Below are positions 1 to 11,009 of a stretch of 64,000 nucleotides of DNA, in pieces; the first letter of the stretch is position 1; each line of letters opens with the position of its first letter. The position numbers and the translations under genes were made by a program. The notes below the pieces were generated by a model. That model made no database searches, was not told the DNA's origin, and was given only the letters and a program-made list of their open reading frames with translations. Source of the DNA: Minutocellus sp. GHC0000111 (Eukaryota); NCBI GenBank assembly GCA_977018835.1, contig OZ361258.1:1612001-1676000 (forward strand), given 5' to 3'.

Positions 1-1
1 A

Positions 2-472
2 ATGAGGGTGTGGGCTGACAAACTCAACAAGGAGTGCTGCAGTCCCTACTACGGAGTCCTCGTTCGTAAAGAGGATGACGAACGGAGGGAACACTTTGAG
101 AAGCTCATATCTGGCCTCAAGTCCTTTTCTCGCGAGTTGGAGAAGACACCTGGACCGGTTCTTTTGGCCGATGGACAGCTAAGTTCAGCTGATCTGGCAT
201 TGGTACCTTGGGCCTGTCGATATTATATATTCGAGCATTATCGTGGATCGGAGTATGTGATCCCCAAGAATGATCCTGAGTTGGCAGCATATCACGAGTG
301 GTGCGATCACGTTTTGGCTCTGCCTTCGATTGCCAGAACTCTCCCCGATAAGGATCGGTATTTGGAACACATTGGGAAGTATGCCGATTCCTCGGCAAGA
401 AGCAAAGTTGCCAACGCCGTCCGGCGGGGCGTTGCCGCACACGATCTGGATGACGAAAAGGATGAATATTAG
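2..472 (+). CDS. Glutathione S-transferase (omega-like), C-terminal part; 5' end outside the window
   Basis: GST C-domain N-capping motif 'LSSADLALVPW' followed by 'YHEWCDHVLALPSIARTLP'; frame open from the window edge to TAG at 470-472. Confidence 0.7.
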   Translation: MRVWADKLNKECCSPYYGVLVRKEDDERREHFEKLISGLKSFSRELEKTPGPVLLADGQLSSADLALVPWACRYYIFEHYRGSEYVIPKNDPELAAYHEWCDHVLALPSIARTLPDKDRYLEHIGKYADSSARSKVANAVRRGVAAHDLDDEKDEY

Positions 473-794
473 GATCTTATTTTGCTAGCCAGGCCACTTG
501 TAGCATTCCTACATGTACCGGTACTTTTGCCACAATTTTCTCACTTCTTCCCCCCTTGCGGCTCTCCAAAACCGTCGACGCACAGACAAAAAAAGCATTA
601 CGGCATTACGGCCATTCGCAATCGACTCGCTCGACTCGGCTCGCAAGCCTGCCCGCCAAAACCCACCCCATTTTTTCGATAGCCACTTCGCCGACAACTT
701 CACATGAGATGAATTAGTGCCAAGATATGCCGGCATTCACGCCACTTCTCACCCATTTAATTGTGTGACTAGCTAGCTAGGCAAGTTGGCAGCA

Positions 795-1760
795 ATGAGG
801 AGAATGATAAGGTCTTTGTCAGCAATAGCATTGATTGCCCTAGCGGCAGACCCAACATCAGCGACAGGCGACAAGTTGCAGAAGAATCTGAAAGTAGAAA
901 AGACAGACGCCATGGATCCCCGACCGAAATGCGTCGACGATCCGTCCTACAAAAGTAAAGCAGGTCTTCTTTGTGCCCAGCATGCTTCGTTGGATTGCAG
1001 AGGCTTCGAGCATTTGGGATTCAGCCCACAAGAAGTCGACGAGCTGTTGACCAAATGCCCAGTCAGCTGTCGAGTCGAACCTTGTGTTTCGATCGACGAC
1101 CAAGATACTGTACAGGCAGACAAAGATGAGAGGTCAATATCTCCTACTTCACAAGCAGTAAAACAGCAGATTCGAAACCAGGTTCAAACACAGTATGTTC
1201 GTCGGCGTACCTTTGAGCACTATGAGGGGGCTTGTTTCGAGGGCTGGCATGCCTCCTGCCAAGACAATCCGTCATATGTGTCGCCGATTCAGACAGATTG
1301 TTCCGTTGCTCGCATGTTTGAAGGTGGCAAGTGTGCACAGGCCATTGTGATTGGTCTCACTTTAGCAGAGGTAAACGAAATGATAGTGAACTGCCCATGC
1401 AGTTGTGAGGTCGAGTGCGGAACTGTGCAGCCTGTCACCTCTGAGATACACTCTGGTGATTCGGAAGACGGTGGTGCAGTAATCAGTCCAGTCATTGCAG
1501 CAAGTAACGAAATGTTGGAGGAAAATATAGTAGACGATGGAGGATTTAGCATCCAAGCCGTAATGGAGGAGTATGGAATATTCATCTATGCCGGAGTAGG
1601 TGCTGTGGTCGTTTTCATCGGTGTCATTTTTGTGGTAAGGAGTTACCAAAGGCGCAACATGGAACATCGTGATAGAGCGTACTCCTTCGACGACTATGGC
1701 AGTAGAACAGAGGTATCAGGCCAATCCACGTCTCGCGTCAGTTTTTGGGGATACAATTAA
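795..1760 (+). CDS. Type I membrane protein with two Cys-rich (ShKT-like) repeats
   Basis: Signal peptide (LSAIALIALAA); repeats 'CVDDPSY..C..C..CPVSC' and 'CQDNPSY..C..C..CPCSC'; C-terminal TM 'IFIYAGVGAVVVFIGVIFVV'. First ATG at 795. Confidence 0.75.
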   Translation: MRRMIRSLSAIALIALAADPTSATGDKLQKNLKVEKTDAMDPRPKCVDDPSYKSKAGLLCAQHASLDCRGFEHLGFSPQEVDELLTKCPVSCRVEPCVSIDDQDTVQADKDERSISPTSQAVKQQIRNQVQTQYVRRRTFEHYEGACFEGWHASCQDNPSYVSPIQTDCSVARMFEGGKCAQAIVIGLTLAEVNEMIVNCPCSCEVECGTVQPVTSEIHSGDSEDGGAVISPVIAASNEMLEENIVDDGGFSIQAVMEEYGIFIYAGVGAVVVFIGVIFVVRSYQRRNMEHRDRAYSFDDYGSRTEVSGQSTSRVSFWGYN

Positions 1761-1850
1761 CGACGAGAACAACGCACACGAAGAGAGTGTACTAAAGCAT
1801 AGAGATATATTATATAGAAGAGTGATTATTCCTTTTGCATGGTCATAATT

Positions 1851-1922
1851 ATTGTTGTACTGTTATTTGGACAAAATGAATTTTGTCCAAATAACATTTT
1901 GTCCAAATAACAGTACAACAAT
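1851..1922. repeat. Perfect 28-bp inverted repeat (mini-foldback or collapsed TA-flanked MITE)
   Basis: 1851-1878 ATTGTTGTACTGTTATTTGGACAAAATG is the exact reverse complement of 1895-1922; the 16-bp loop holds a third copy of TTTTGTCCAAATAA. Confidence 0.85.
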
Positions 1923-2629
1923 GCCTGAGGTTAAATTGCTAACTACGTAGTCAGTTGGAGAAGAGAGAGAGAGCGATCTTTGCTTGACACCATGGGCAGC
2001 GTCGCCGTCGCTTTGCCGCCATCGACGCGCTGTACTGACGCGCGTACCAAGAGAGCGCCAAGGGGGTGAGAGCTCAACTACCAGGGGGGTATTAGCGCGT
2101 GCGCGGTCAATCGTCTCGGGCCAGCCCAAGAATGTCGGGTCCAACCGTTTGCCCCATCCGTCGGCCACAAGATATTGCCAGTTTTTTCGCTCACATCCGG
2201 CTACCGCCCCAGCATCCCAAACTCACGGACCTCTCCCAAATGCCTTGATTCAAGTGACCATATAGTTTGGGCGTCGATGGTGGTCTCCATGGCGCCTGGC
2301 ATAGCGTGTCTGCTACGGCCTGGGAGACGGCGCGCCAAAATTCGTGCGGCCCGAAAAATCGTCCCCGACAACCTTTTATGTGCTTATCTGCCCCTTTTCA
2401 GGATCAATGGTCCGCTATTTCTCGGCATATTTGTGTTTGAGCATATCTATTGGAAGGAATTATGCAAGCAAATTGTGGACCATTTCTTGTGAAAGCAGAA
2501 AATTCCAACGTTGCACTTACTGGCATCACACAGAAATCAACGGCTCCAAAATCAATACTTGCGACCTCGCAAAAGCTTTCCAGGACGTATTTTCGCTAGT
2601 TGGACGAATCTGATTCATGCAAGGTGAGC

Positions 2630-3883
2630 TTATTCATATTTTGTTTTGGAAGCCGTCGCCGAGAACAGAAGAGTACTGGTTGGCAATGTCTTTTGGATTG
2701 GGCGGCGCGTCGAGTTGAGGGCATGCGGCTTCTTTCCTTGAAAACTTCCCTCTTCCAGCTTGCGCTCATACTTGAGGCATTGGCGAGAGTGTTCTTTCGC
2801 ATGTTGCTCAAGAATTAAATTAGAAAACTGCTCTGGCCGCACACCAAAATCAAATAGAGGCCTCATCAAATCAATAAGACCTTTATCAACCGCAGCCCGC
2901 CAAGTCAGGAACGCTGGGAATTCATCACCTTTGCCGCATGGCAGGAGATTGTTGGAGGCCGCATTCCACCCCATGTCGGCATCTCTTGTGCATTGGTGGC
3001 AAATGTACCGCCGCGAAATCAGATAGTAATTTTGATTCAGCCCAATGACAGTCCGAGAAAAGTGATTGTCCCGAAAGGCATGAGGTCCGACACTCTCGTT
3101 GCTTTTACAGGTGCCGCAAAAAGGCATGCAATGCGCCCCATATTGCTGATCTGGTAACCAAACCCGAATATCCCTATAATATGATTGTTCACCATATTCC
3201 AGCCCAGGAATTTTGCTGCAAAGAAATTCAGCATGTCCACTTCGTATCCACCACCCATTCCCCTTTTTCCTGAGAAAGTTCAGTAGCCATTTTTCTTCTA
3301 AACCTTTGATTTCATTTCCCAATTCATACTTGAGCCTCTTGTGAACATGGTATATGTAGGCTCCCATCAATCCTGCTGGTGCTGCTGCATCAGGACCACG
3401 GTCACCGCCACCGCCGCCACCCTCTTCGTCAATGTCACCCGATCCCTCGTCGGCCACGTCGTAGTTGGCAGTGACACCTGGAGGGACATGCGCATCAATA
3501 CCATCGCCGGTAGCTGTAAAGGTTGCAAGCATCACTTCGGCGGTAAGCTCTCCATCTTCGCCGGCGTCAGAGCCTTCGTCATCGGCGTGGTTTGCCTCCT
3601 GGTCGGGCATCGGGCGATCGTCATCGTTCGAATCATCGCCGGCACCAACATCATTTGTATCGTCGCCGTCGATGGGCTGATCTACGCTCTTCCTCAGACG
3701 CTTTTCAAAGAAGCCTGATTTGCGATGAGCAGTTGCCGCTCTCTCGTCATCATGCTTCTTCCTCTTGTTCGCTTTTCTTGTTTCGGCGGTCTTTGCGACC
3801 CTCTTTGGTATCTGGTCTTCGGTCTCATCGCGATTGCGCCCTTTGGACCTGTCTCTTGCGCCAATGGTTTTAGCCATTGTCAA
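2630..3883 (-). mobile_element. DUF6729-like transposon-associated ORF, apparently 3'-truncated
   Basis: Motif string 'VWLP..CGTC..RTVIGLNQNYYLISRRYICHQC..FPAFLTWRAAVD..LMR..G..LEQH' resembles DUF6729 zinc-ribbon regions; no downstream catalytic domain; no TIR confirmed. Confidence 0.55.
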
Positions 3884-4545
3884 GCTCTAACACTATTTGT
3901 TTTGACGGCAGACGGGAAAGATCGTCGTCTCGCGAGCGTTCAATTGGCACGTAGTATCATGTCATTGTACTCGCTCGCTTTCTCGCTTTTCTTCATTTTT
4001 GGCGGCTCGGCGCAGTTGCCGGTTGACAAATAGACGATCTGAAAGGGGAGAGTGCTTATGCCCTCAAAAAACACGAGAAAGCAAAAGCTTTTATAAATTT
4101 GCGAATAGACGCATCAGAGCTTTTATAAAAGAAACACCTTTTTCCGTACAATGTCGTCAGAGCTTTTCCGTTTTGACACGTCATAAGTTATTTTAAAAGC
4201 TCCACCAGCACAAACTCGGTGCCGAGACTTCTGCATCTGAACCGAGCAGGCGTACGTAAGTAGCACGTAGACATCGAGTTGCCGTTGCCTACGTACGAAA
4301 AATGGCGCCAACTTCCCTGAAAATTTCGAAATTTTCATCGGCTCGCGGCCGCCGCGCCATGGCGCAGCCTGCCTCGCGCCTCGCTCGTTCGCCTGCCGCT
4401 CAATCAATGAGCATGCCAATGCGCTGGCAACAACCCTCTGTGTGACAAAGTTCATTTATTTGAGGGTCTCAGAAAAATCACAGATGCCGAACACGCATCT
4501 GAGTTATCTAAACCTCCCGACGCAAACACAATCATAATCACAAGG

Positions 4546-5847
4546 ATGGCCGACGAACCCGAATATCAGCTCTCGGAGTACGAGAAAATGCGCTTAGAGC
4601 GCATCAAGAGGAACCAGGAGAAGTTGGCTTCTCTTGGCCTCGATCAATCCTTTGGGGGTCGCTTTCGGAAGCAGCAGCCGAAGAAGACGAAAAAGGCGGT
4701 CAGCCGCAAGAAGGCTGCGGCGCCCAAGCCCGGTGAAGAGCGACGTTCCAAGCGGCTGAGCAACGCGCCTCAGCAGCTGTATCAGCTCAGCAATGACTTT
4801 GAAGATGAAGTTGTTGTGGAGCAAGATCCCAACTACTCCGAAGCTGATGATTAGGAAAAGGAGCCGTACCAAGCAAAGATCAGTGTGCGTCAAGTCCGTC
4901 ACCGCATCAAGCTCAACCGCGAGGACTATGCCGTATCGGAGGAAGACATGCAGAACCTCCGTGGCTTTATGGACGTTGATGTTGTCCTGTCCAAGTTCCG
5001 TGACTTCCTCCGTTATCACGACAAGATCTCCGAAAGCAACGAGAGGCGTGTCATGCCGCAGGTGCGCAAGCTCCTTCGAGGTGAGGGCATTGGATATATT
5101 CATTGGAAAGGGAAAATGTTTCACAAGGGAGAGAAGATCACCCTCATGCATGACATAGTAGAACTCATGGAGGAGGCGAATGAGTGCGAGCGCAATTGGG
5201 GAAAGGATTTGGGCAATGGGTGGCTTCTCAATCACCCCTTGAAGAAGCTGCTCATATTCCAGCAATTTGCTCTTCAGAACCCCGATTTCCTCGGCTCCAA
5301 GAGCAAGATTAAGGAATACTGCGAAGGTGCCGAAGAAGAAGAGGAGGATAAAGATGATATCGATGAGGAGGAGAAGGAGGATGAGCGCAAGCCAGCTGCG
5401 GCGGCTGAGCCCGTCCCCAAAGATGTATCTAATGATGATTCTTCGGGTTCAGCCAAGAAGAAGATGAGCAGCGCCAAGACAACCGCCACAACTCCAAAGG
5501 AGGCGACCAACAAATATGTCGGTTCCCGCATCGCCAAGCAATTTGATGCCGGCCTATTTTTCGGCACCATCACCGCCTACGACCCCAGGTCCAGGGTATT
5601 TTCCGTCGAGTATGACGACGACGATAGCGAAGAGTTTGACACCAATGCCCTCAAGGCGGCCCTTCGTTTGTACAAGAAGAAGAATTCAAAGGATCCCAAG
5701 AAGCAGTCCACAAAGGACCAGGTCGGCGGGAAGAGGGGCGCGTCCGGCACCAGTGCCGAAACGACGCCTGCAGCAAAGAAGCGAAAGAAGGCCACCAATC
5801 CTCGTGTGGGTTCTCGCAGAAGCCCCAGATGTGTTGCGGGAATGTGA
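4546..5847 (+). CDS. Nuclear protein with N-terminal LSEYE helix, central helical domain and Tudor-like domain; one in-frame TAG at 4852-4854
   Basis: 'LSEYEKMRLERIKRNQEKLASLGL'; 'WGKDLGNGWLLNHPLKKL'; Tudor-like 'YVGSRIAKQF..FFGTITAYD..FSVEYDDDDSEEF'. ORFs 4546..4854 and 4885..5847 are in one frame separated only by TAG. Confidence 0.7.
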
Positions 5848-6248
5848 AAATAATGCAATATTTTGTCGGTATTTCTCTAGAAATAGATAGCTTTTCGGCC
5901 GATCAAGCCACGCAACTCAGGTCTCTACGCATTTCGGATATCAAGTTCTCGACTACGCAGGTACCTTGTAGCATACTATCAATTTCAAGCGAGACATACA
6001 TGTGATCAAAGTAAAAGCTACTAGTAATTGAGCGCCGTTATATGTATAACAAAATCAAATAAACATGTAAGTATGAGGTTTGAATGAATCAGAACAATTG
6101 CTCTGTAGCCTATCTACGTCTCATCTACTCCACATCTTCCCCAGGCCAAAAAGTAACTTGGATCCCTTCGATCCAACCATCTTGCTTCCAAGCAAGGTGT
6201 AACATTTATGTATTTCGGGCCTAACATATTTGCGGCCAGACCTCGTTA

Positions 6249-7496
6249 CTATGGGGAGAGTATGCCATCCATGGCACCATCTCCGGGCATTTGCAGTGGC
6301 GAGGCCGTGGGTGCCGCGGCAGCAACGGCGGGGGCCTGCGCCAAGGGACTCATGGGAAGCGGGGGCATGTTGCGATCTCCCATGTCCGGCCCGTCCTCGG
6401 TCCTGGCGGCCTTGGCAGCCGGGGCCCCGGTAGCTGCATCGTCGGCATCAGGATGGGCGCGCTTGGTACCACCGGCACCGTTCTCGGCTTCGGCTTTCTC
6501 GGCCGCCTCGGCGGCGGCTCTGGCGGCGGCCGTCTCGGCTTCGGCTGCGGCCTGGAAGGGCACCGATGCCCCGGCCTCCAGGAGGGCGTGGTTGCCCCCC
6601 GTGGCCTCGGCCAGGGCTGCCTTGAGGGCCTCGATCTCCTTGGCCTGGGCCAGCTGGGAGGTCTCGAGCTTCTCTGCGGTCTTCTTGAGCTCCTCGTTGT
6701 CGCTCTTGAGGTCGTCGATGGAGTCCTGCTTGTTCTGGTTGGAGTGGTCGAGCATCTGCTTCATGGTGTTGCGATCGTCGATGATGGAGCTGTGGGCGTA
6801 GGCCAGGCACTCAAAGTCGTGCTTGAGGCACTTGAGGACGAAGGACTTGGAGGAGCGGAGGTCGTCGTGCGCGAAGAAGAGGGATCGGCCGTCCTGCTGG
6901 AGGGCCTCCATGACGATCTCCTGATCCTTGCGCAGCTCGTCGTCGGCAAAACGGAGGGACAGACCGTCTCGCTTGATGGTTTCGCGGATCAGCTCGACGT
7001 CCTTCTTGAGCTCCGGGGAGGCATACTGCAGGGCACGGGGCTGGCTCTTGACGGCCTCCATCATAATCTCCTTGTCGGCCCGGAGGCGCTCCGAGGCCAG
7101 CTGGATGGCCAGACCGTCGGCCTTGGCGCACGCCAGCGCCAGGTCGCGGTCGTCCTTGAGCTCCGCGGAGGCCCAGTGCAGGGACCACCCGTCCTGCGTG
7201 ACGCAGTTCATCATGATCTCCTTGTCCTCCCGGAAGCCCTTGTCGCAGTACTGGATGGCCCAGTGATCCGACTTGGTCGCGGCCAGGGCGATGGTCCGGT
7301 CCTTCTGCAGTTCCTCCGACGCGAACTCGATGCACGTGCCGGCGTTGGTGGCGGCCGCCAGGACCAAGTCGTAGTCGGCCTGGAACTCCTTCTTGACGAA
7401 CTCGAGGCACAGGCCCTCCTCCTTGAGCAGGTCGAAGATCATCTTCCGCTCCTCCTCGGGGTCCATGGGCGGGGCCTCTCCGTTGGCTTGGGCCAT
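6249..7496 (-). CDS. DUF4116 repeat protein
   Basis: Tandem ~25-aa units such as 'ALQYASPELKKDVELI', 'SLRFADDELRKDQEIV', 'SLHWASAELKDDRDLA'; coiled-coil then Ala/Pro-rich tail; strongly G/C-ending codons. Confidence 0.85.
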   Translation of the reverse strand: MAQANGEAPPMDPEEERKMIFDLLKEEGLCLEFVKKEFQADYDLVLAAATNAGTCIEFASEELQKDRTIALAATKSDHWAIQYCDKGFREDKEIMMNCVTQDGWSLHWASAELKDDRDLALACAKADGLAIQLASERLRADKEIMMEAVKSQPRALQYASPELKKDVELIRETIKRDGLSLRFADDELRKDQEIVMEALQQDGRSLFFAHDDLRSSKSFVLKCLKHDFECLAYAHSSIIDDRNTMKQMLDHSNQNKQDSIDDLKSDNEELKKTAEKLETSQLAQAKEIEALKAALAEATGGNHALLEAGASVPFQAAAEAETAAARAAAEAAEKAEAENGAGGTKRAHPDADDAATGAPAAKAARTEDGPDMGDRNMPPLPMSPLAQAPAVAAAAPTASPLQMPGDGAMDGILSP

Positions 7497-8651
7497 GTTT
7501 TATATTTTTTAGTTGTTGGAGTTATTACGTAATGTGTATTTTGGACGTGATTTTAGCACGTGAAATCCGCTCGTTTGTGCATGTTAATGTTTGTTGCAGA
7601 AGTCGAATCACAAGCGGCCAGTTTGTGTGGTGAATGCCTGAAGATCTAGCAGGTAGATATCAAATAGTGAAGTTGATAGCGTTGTTTGTGCCTGGCTGAA
7701 AGGAAGTCTGGTAGGCCTGAAAATGGGGTTCTCCGGTGCGGGAACTTGGGAAGTTTTGTGAACCGTGCCGTAAGTGCAGAAAATTATGTGCCGGAATATG
7801 CGTGTCGGCGGTGAATTTGAATTGCTGATCGCGCGCGCCTCGGATGCCGATGGATACCGAGCAAGCGAGCAAGTTACACAAGTGAGAGGTTTGAATGTGC
7901 GGCGGTTGGCTGGTCGTTCGCCGGTCTGAACAATTGAGCACCTTTTTGCGGTGCCCTCTTGTTTGTTTGCGCGACCATGCAAGAGGCCAACGCGACAAAT
8001 TCACTTGAATGCTGGATGATGGTCGGCGGGCGGTTGAAGCCGAAAGCTGTCCACGTCATTTGGAACGCATTTTTGATAACCCGGATTTCTGCAAATCGCG
8101 ACGCGTGGTTTTTGAGAAGAGGGCGGCACAGAGCCCTCGCTCGCTCGAGCGAGAGGAAGCCGAAGATACGCCACAACGCAAGCGGAGCGGAGGGGCCCAG
8201 GGAAGAGGCCATGCCACCGGTAAGTGGTGTCGGATGCATATGTTTTCGCCCCTGCCGTTACTTTGAGCTTTGCCGATTGGTGATCTGGCCGTGTTCGGAG
8301 CGTTCGTGTTGTTTCTGCCGAAACTGCGGGAAGCGAATCGAGAGATGCGGCCGCCACCAACAACGAGAGAGAGAACGGACCGGGCCAGGAGGAGTCCCAG
8401 GAGGGACCTGGCTCCCATGCCCGGGCAGGAAACGACCATCTGCGCCGCAAGACCTATCATTCTTATCTAATATCAACGATAGCCACTCCACCGGGATCGA
8501 TAACTTTCACTTTTATCAAACCGACACGTAGTGCGATCATCATACATGTAGCACATCACGTTCCAAGAAAATTAAAATTCAACTCACCCCCACCTCCTTC
8601 AACTGACTCTTTCTCCCCTTCCTCGCTCACCCCAATTTACATGTTGATCAA

Positions 8652-10940
8652 ATGGTCCATCATCGACAATCGCATCCCATCGGTCTGTTATCGACTCGCA
8701 ATCGCATGGCTACCAACATGCTCCTCTTGAATGATGCTGCCAACATGAAATCGTTCAAACGGCCTCTCTTTTTGGATGACGACGATGATGGTACTGGTAC
8801 AAACAATAATAATTACTATGGTGGTCATTACGGCACCAACGACGACGACAAACATGCTGCGCATCGCGTCGACTCCGCGACATCAACGGAATCATTGCTC
8901 GCTGCCAAACGATCCCGGCCGACCGATTGCGCTTCTTCTGGTTCGTGTTTAACTGCTGCATGTACCACCAATCGTGACGATGATCACGCCGGTGATCAAA
9001 CTGACGGTATGCTCATGACTTTGAACAACAATCACCAGTCGAACCATTTAACGCCGAGCCTGGGGGGCGTCCACGCGGCCCCCGATCGGTCCGATGCTTT
9101 GGAAATTTTGGCCCTCCTCGGCGAGGGATCGTTCGGTGCGGTATACCGCGCCCGGCACAAGGAGACCGATGCCGTCGTGGCCGTGAAAATCATCCCCGAG
9201 ATGAACCACGGCGGCCACGGCGATGGGGAGCACGACACCGAGGCCGATAAAATTATGAGCGAGATTGACATTTTGAGCCGCTGCGACTCGCCCTTCATTG
9301 TGGGATACTTTGAATGCTTCGTCAAGCCGCCGGCGAAGCGGTTGGACAACGGAGAGATGTGGATCGTCATGGAGTACTGCGAGGGTGGAAGTATGTCCGA
9401 CCTCATCGAGGCCGGGGGCGGTTTGAACGGCTACGGCGAGGGTGAGGACGTCATCCGAGCGGTCTGTGCCTCGATTGTTTTGGGATTGGAGTATCTGCAC
9501 GGCGTGGCCAACGTTTGCCATCGCGATATCAAATGCGGCAACGTCCTACTCACCAACGATGGACATGTCAAGTTGGCCGATTTCGGCGTCAGTGCCGAGC
9601 TGACCAACACCATCAACAAGCGCAAGACGGTGGTTGGCAGTCCCTTTTGGATGGCTCCAGAAGTGATCCGAGAGTCGCACTACGACGGCCGGGCCGATGT
9701 TTGGAGTTTGGGCATCACGTGCATAGAAATGGCCGAGGGAGCCCCGCCGCATGCCAACCTCAACCCGCTGCGGGCCATCTTTGTCATCCCGACCAAGCCG
9801 GCACCGACTCTGGCCGATCCCGACGCGTGGAGTCCAGACATGCTTGATTTCATCCGGTGCTGCTGCAAGAAGGATCCCAATCAGAGACACGATTCGGCCC
9901 TTCTTGCATCGCATCCATTTATCAAGCGGGAAGTCAACGATCTGCGTGCGCTGCATAAGCAAAACATTGGAGTTCGGGATGCCCGATATAAGAAGGGGAG
10001 CAGCCGCTACGCGCACATGGCCGACGCATCACGACGACAACCGGGCCTTCCAGCGCTAAATCGGTTTATGCTTAGAATGAAAAGATCACTTGAGAAGGTC
10101 ATGTCGGAGAGGGACAACCTTGCCGGTGAAGGGGGTGCTCACCAGAATGTGGAGAGGGTGGGTGAGGCAGATGTTGGCAATGTAAATGGTCGGCACACGG
10201 ATAGACTTGATCTAGTTGGCGAAGATGCTCGAGATACAGCGTTCACGCCACAAAAGGGTGGAATGAATGGTGCAAGCCAAGATTTTGACAAGAGAACCGT
10301 CCCAGCAGCGCAGCGCCACGCAATGAATCGCGACCGGTCGGATTCACCGGATTGGCAAAGCAACTCCGGATCTAACGGAAGCGTGCGACATACAGTGGAC
10401 ACCAGTGCTGTTGCTCAGACGCCAGCATTTGACCCATTCTCCCCGGGCAACGCACAGGGTGGCAGCTCAGGGGGCATTGCTCACTTTTCACCGTACAGCG
10501 AAAAATATCATCCACCAAAGCCGTTGGAGGTTGAACCTGCACTTGCAAAGGATCCAGTATTTCGAGAAGAACTGGACAAACTGAGCAAGACATTTGAATC
10601 CAAGCTACAGACATTGCGAGTTGCTCATGAACTTGCGCAGCAACAGCTCATTGCTGAGGCGAAGCTTCGCAACAGAATGCCAATGGATGTATCATCATTG
10701 ATGGCCAAGGCCGCCGAACGGAATGTAGCCGAGACGGAATCAAGGGCCATCATCAGAGATGCGGAGAACTGTTCGTTCATGCCAGGCGTTATTCAGAATA
10801 TCACCGGTCAGAAGATGCCGCAGATGAACAAGCCACAAACAATCGACGAAGATGAGGAGAAAAAGGAAAAAGACTCTTCAAACGAAGATAAGGAGGGGGA
10901 CAGTGGCGACGGTGCGGAAAAGAGTGGTAAGGATACATAA
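8652..10940 (+). CDS. STE20-family Ser/Thr kinase, MST1/2 (Hippo)-like, with C-terminal SARAH-like helix
   Basis: LGEGSFGAV, VAVK, HRDIKCGN, DFG and the STE20 signature GSPFWMAPEV; 'LNPLRAIFVIPTKPAPTL' is GCK-II-like. Start codon uncertain (8652, 8706 or 8718). Confidence 0.9.
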   Translation: MVHHRQSHPIGLLSTRNRMATNMLLLNDAANMKSFKRPLFLDDDDDGTGTNNNNYYGGHYGTNDDDKHAAHRVDSATSTESLLAAKRSRPTDCASSGSCLTAACTTNRDDDHAGDQTDGMLMTLNNNHQSNHLTPSLGGVHAAPDRSDALEILALLGEGSFGAVYRARHKETDAVVAVKIIPEMNHGGHGDGEHDTEADKIMSEIDILSRCDSPFIVGYFECFVKPPAKRLDNGEMWIVMEYCEGGSMSDLIEAGGGLNGYGEGEDVIRAVCASIVLGLEYLHGVANVCHRDIKCGNVLLTNDGHVKLADFGVSAELTNTINKRKTVVGSPFWMAPEVIRESHYDGRADVWSLGITCIEMAEGAPPHANLNPLRAIFVIPTKPAPTLADPDAWSPDMLDFIRCCCKKDPNQRHDSALLASHPFIKREVNDLRALHKQNIGVRDARYKKGSSRYAHMADASRRQPGLPALNRFMLRMKRSLEKVMSERDNLAGEGGAHQNVERVGEADVGNVNGRHTDRLDLVGEDARDTAFTPQKGGMNGASQDFDKRTVPAAQRHAMNRDRSDSPDWQSNSGSNGSVRHTVDTSAVAQTPAFDPFSPGNAQGGSSGGIAHFSPYSEKYHPPKPLEVEPALAKDPVFREELDKLSKTFESKLQTLRVAHELAQQQLIAEAKLRNRMPMDVSSLMAKAAERNVAETESRAIIRDAENCSFMPGVIQNITGQKMPQMNKPQTIDEDEEKKEKDSSNEDKEGDSGDGAEKSGKDT

Positions 10941-11009
10941 ACAATAAAATTTTGGTTGCTATAGTATTGTATATTTTTAATTTCAGTATGGTGGGGAAGC
11001 TAGAAATTC

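Noticed and set aside
2082..4440. Possible TIRs (CAGGGGGG.. / ..CCCTCTG) around the DUF6729 ORF
   Set aside because: Similarity fades after about 7 nt and no TSD is visible.
4810..4854. 45-nt in-frame intron that would remove the TAG at 4852
   Set aside because: GTTGTT is a poor donor and the other introns here are over 100 nt with GTRAG donors; unlikely but not excluded without RNA.
6291..7532. 413-aa antisense ORF, and similar shadows at 15874..16839 and 63350..63943
   Set aside because: By-products of codon bias on the true coding strand; no recognisable motifs.
7608..8531. Cluster of overlapping 100-190 aa ORFs
   Set aside because: No coherent protein features; treated as GC-rich intergenic DNA between divergent genes.
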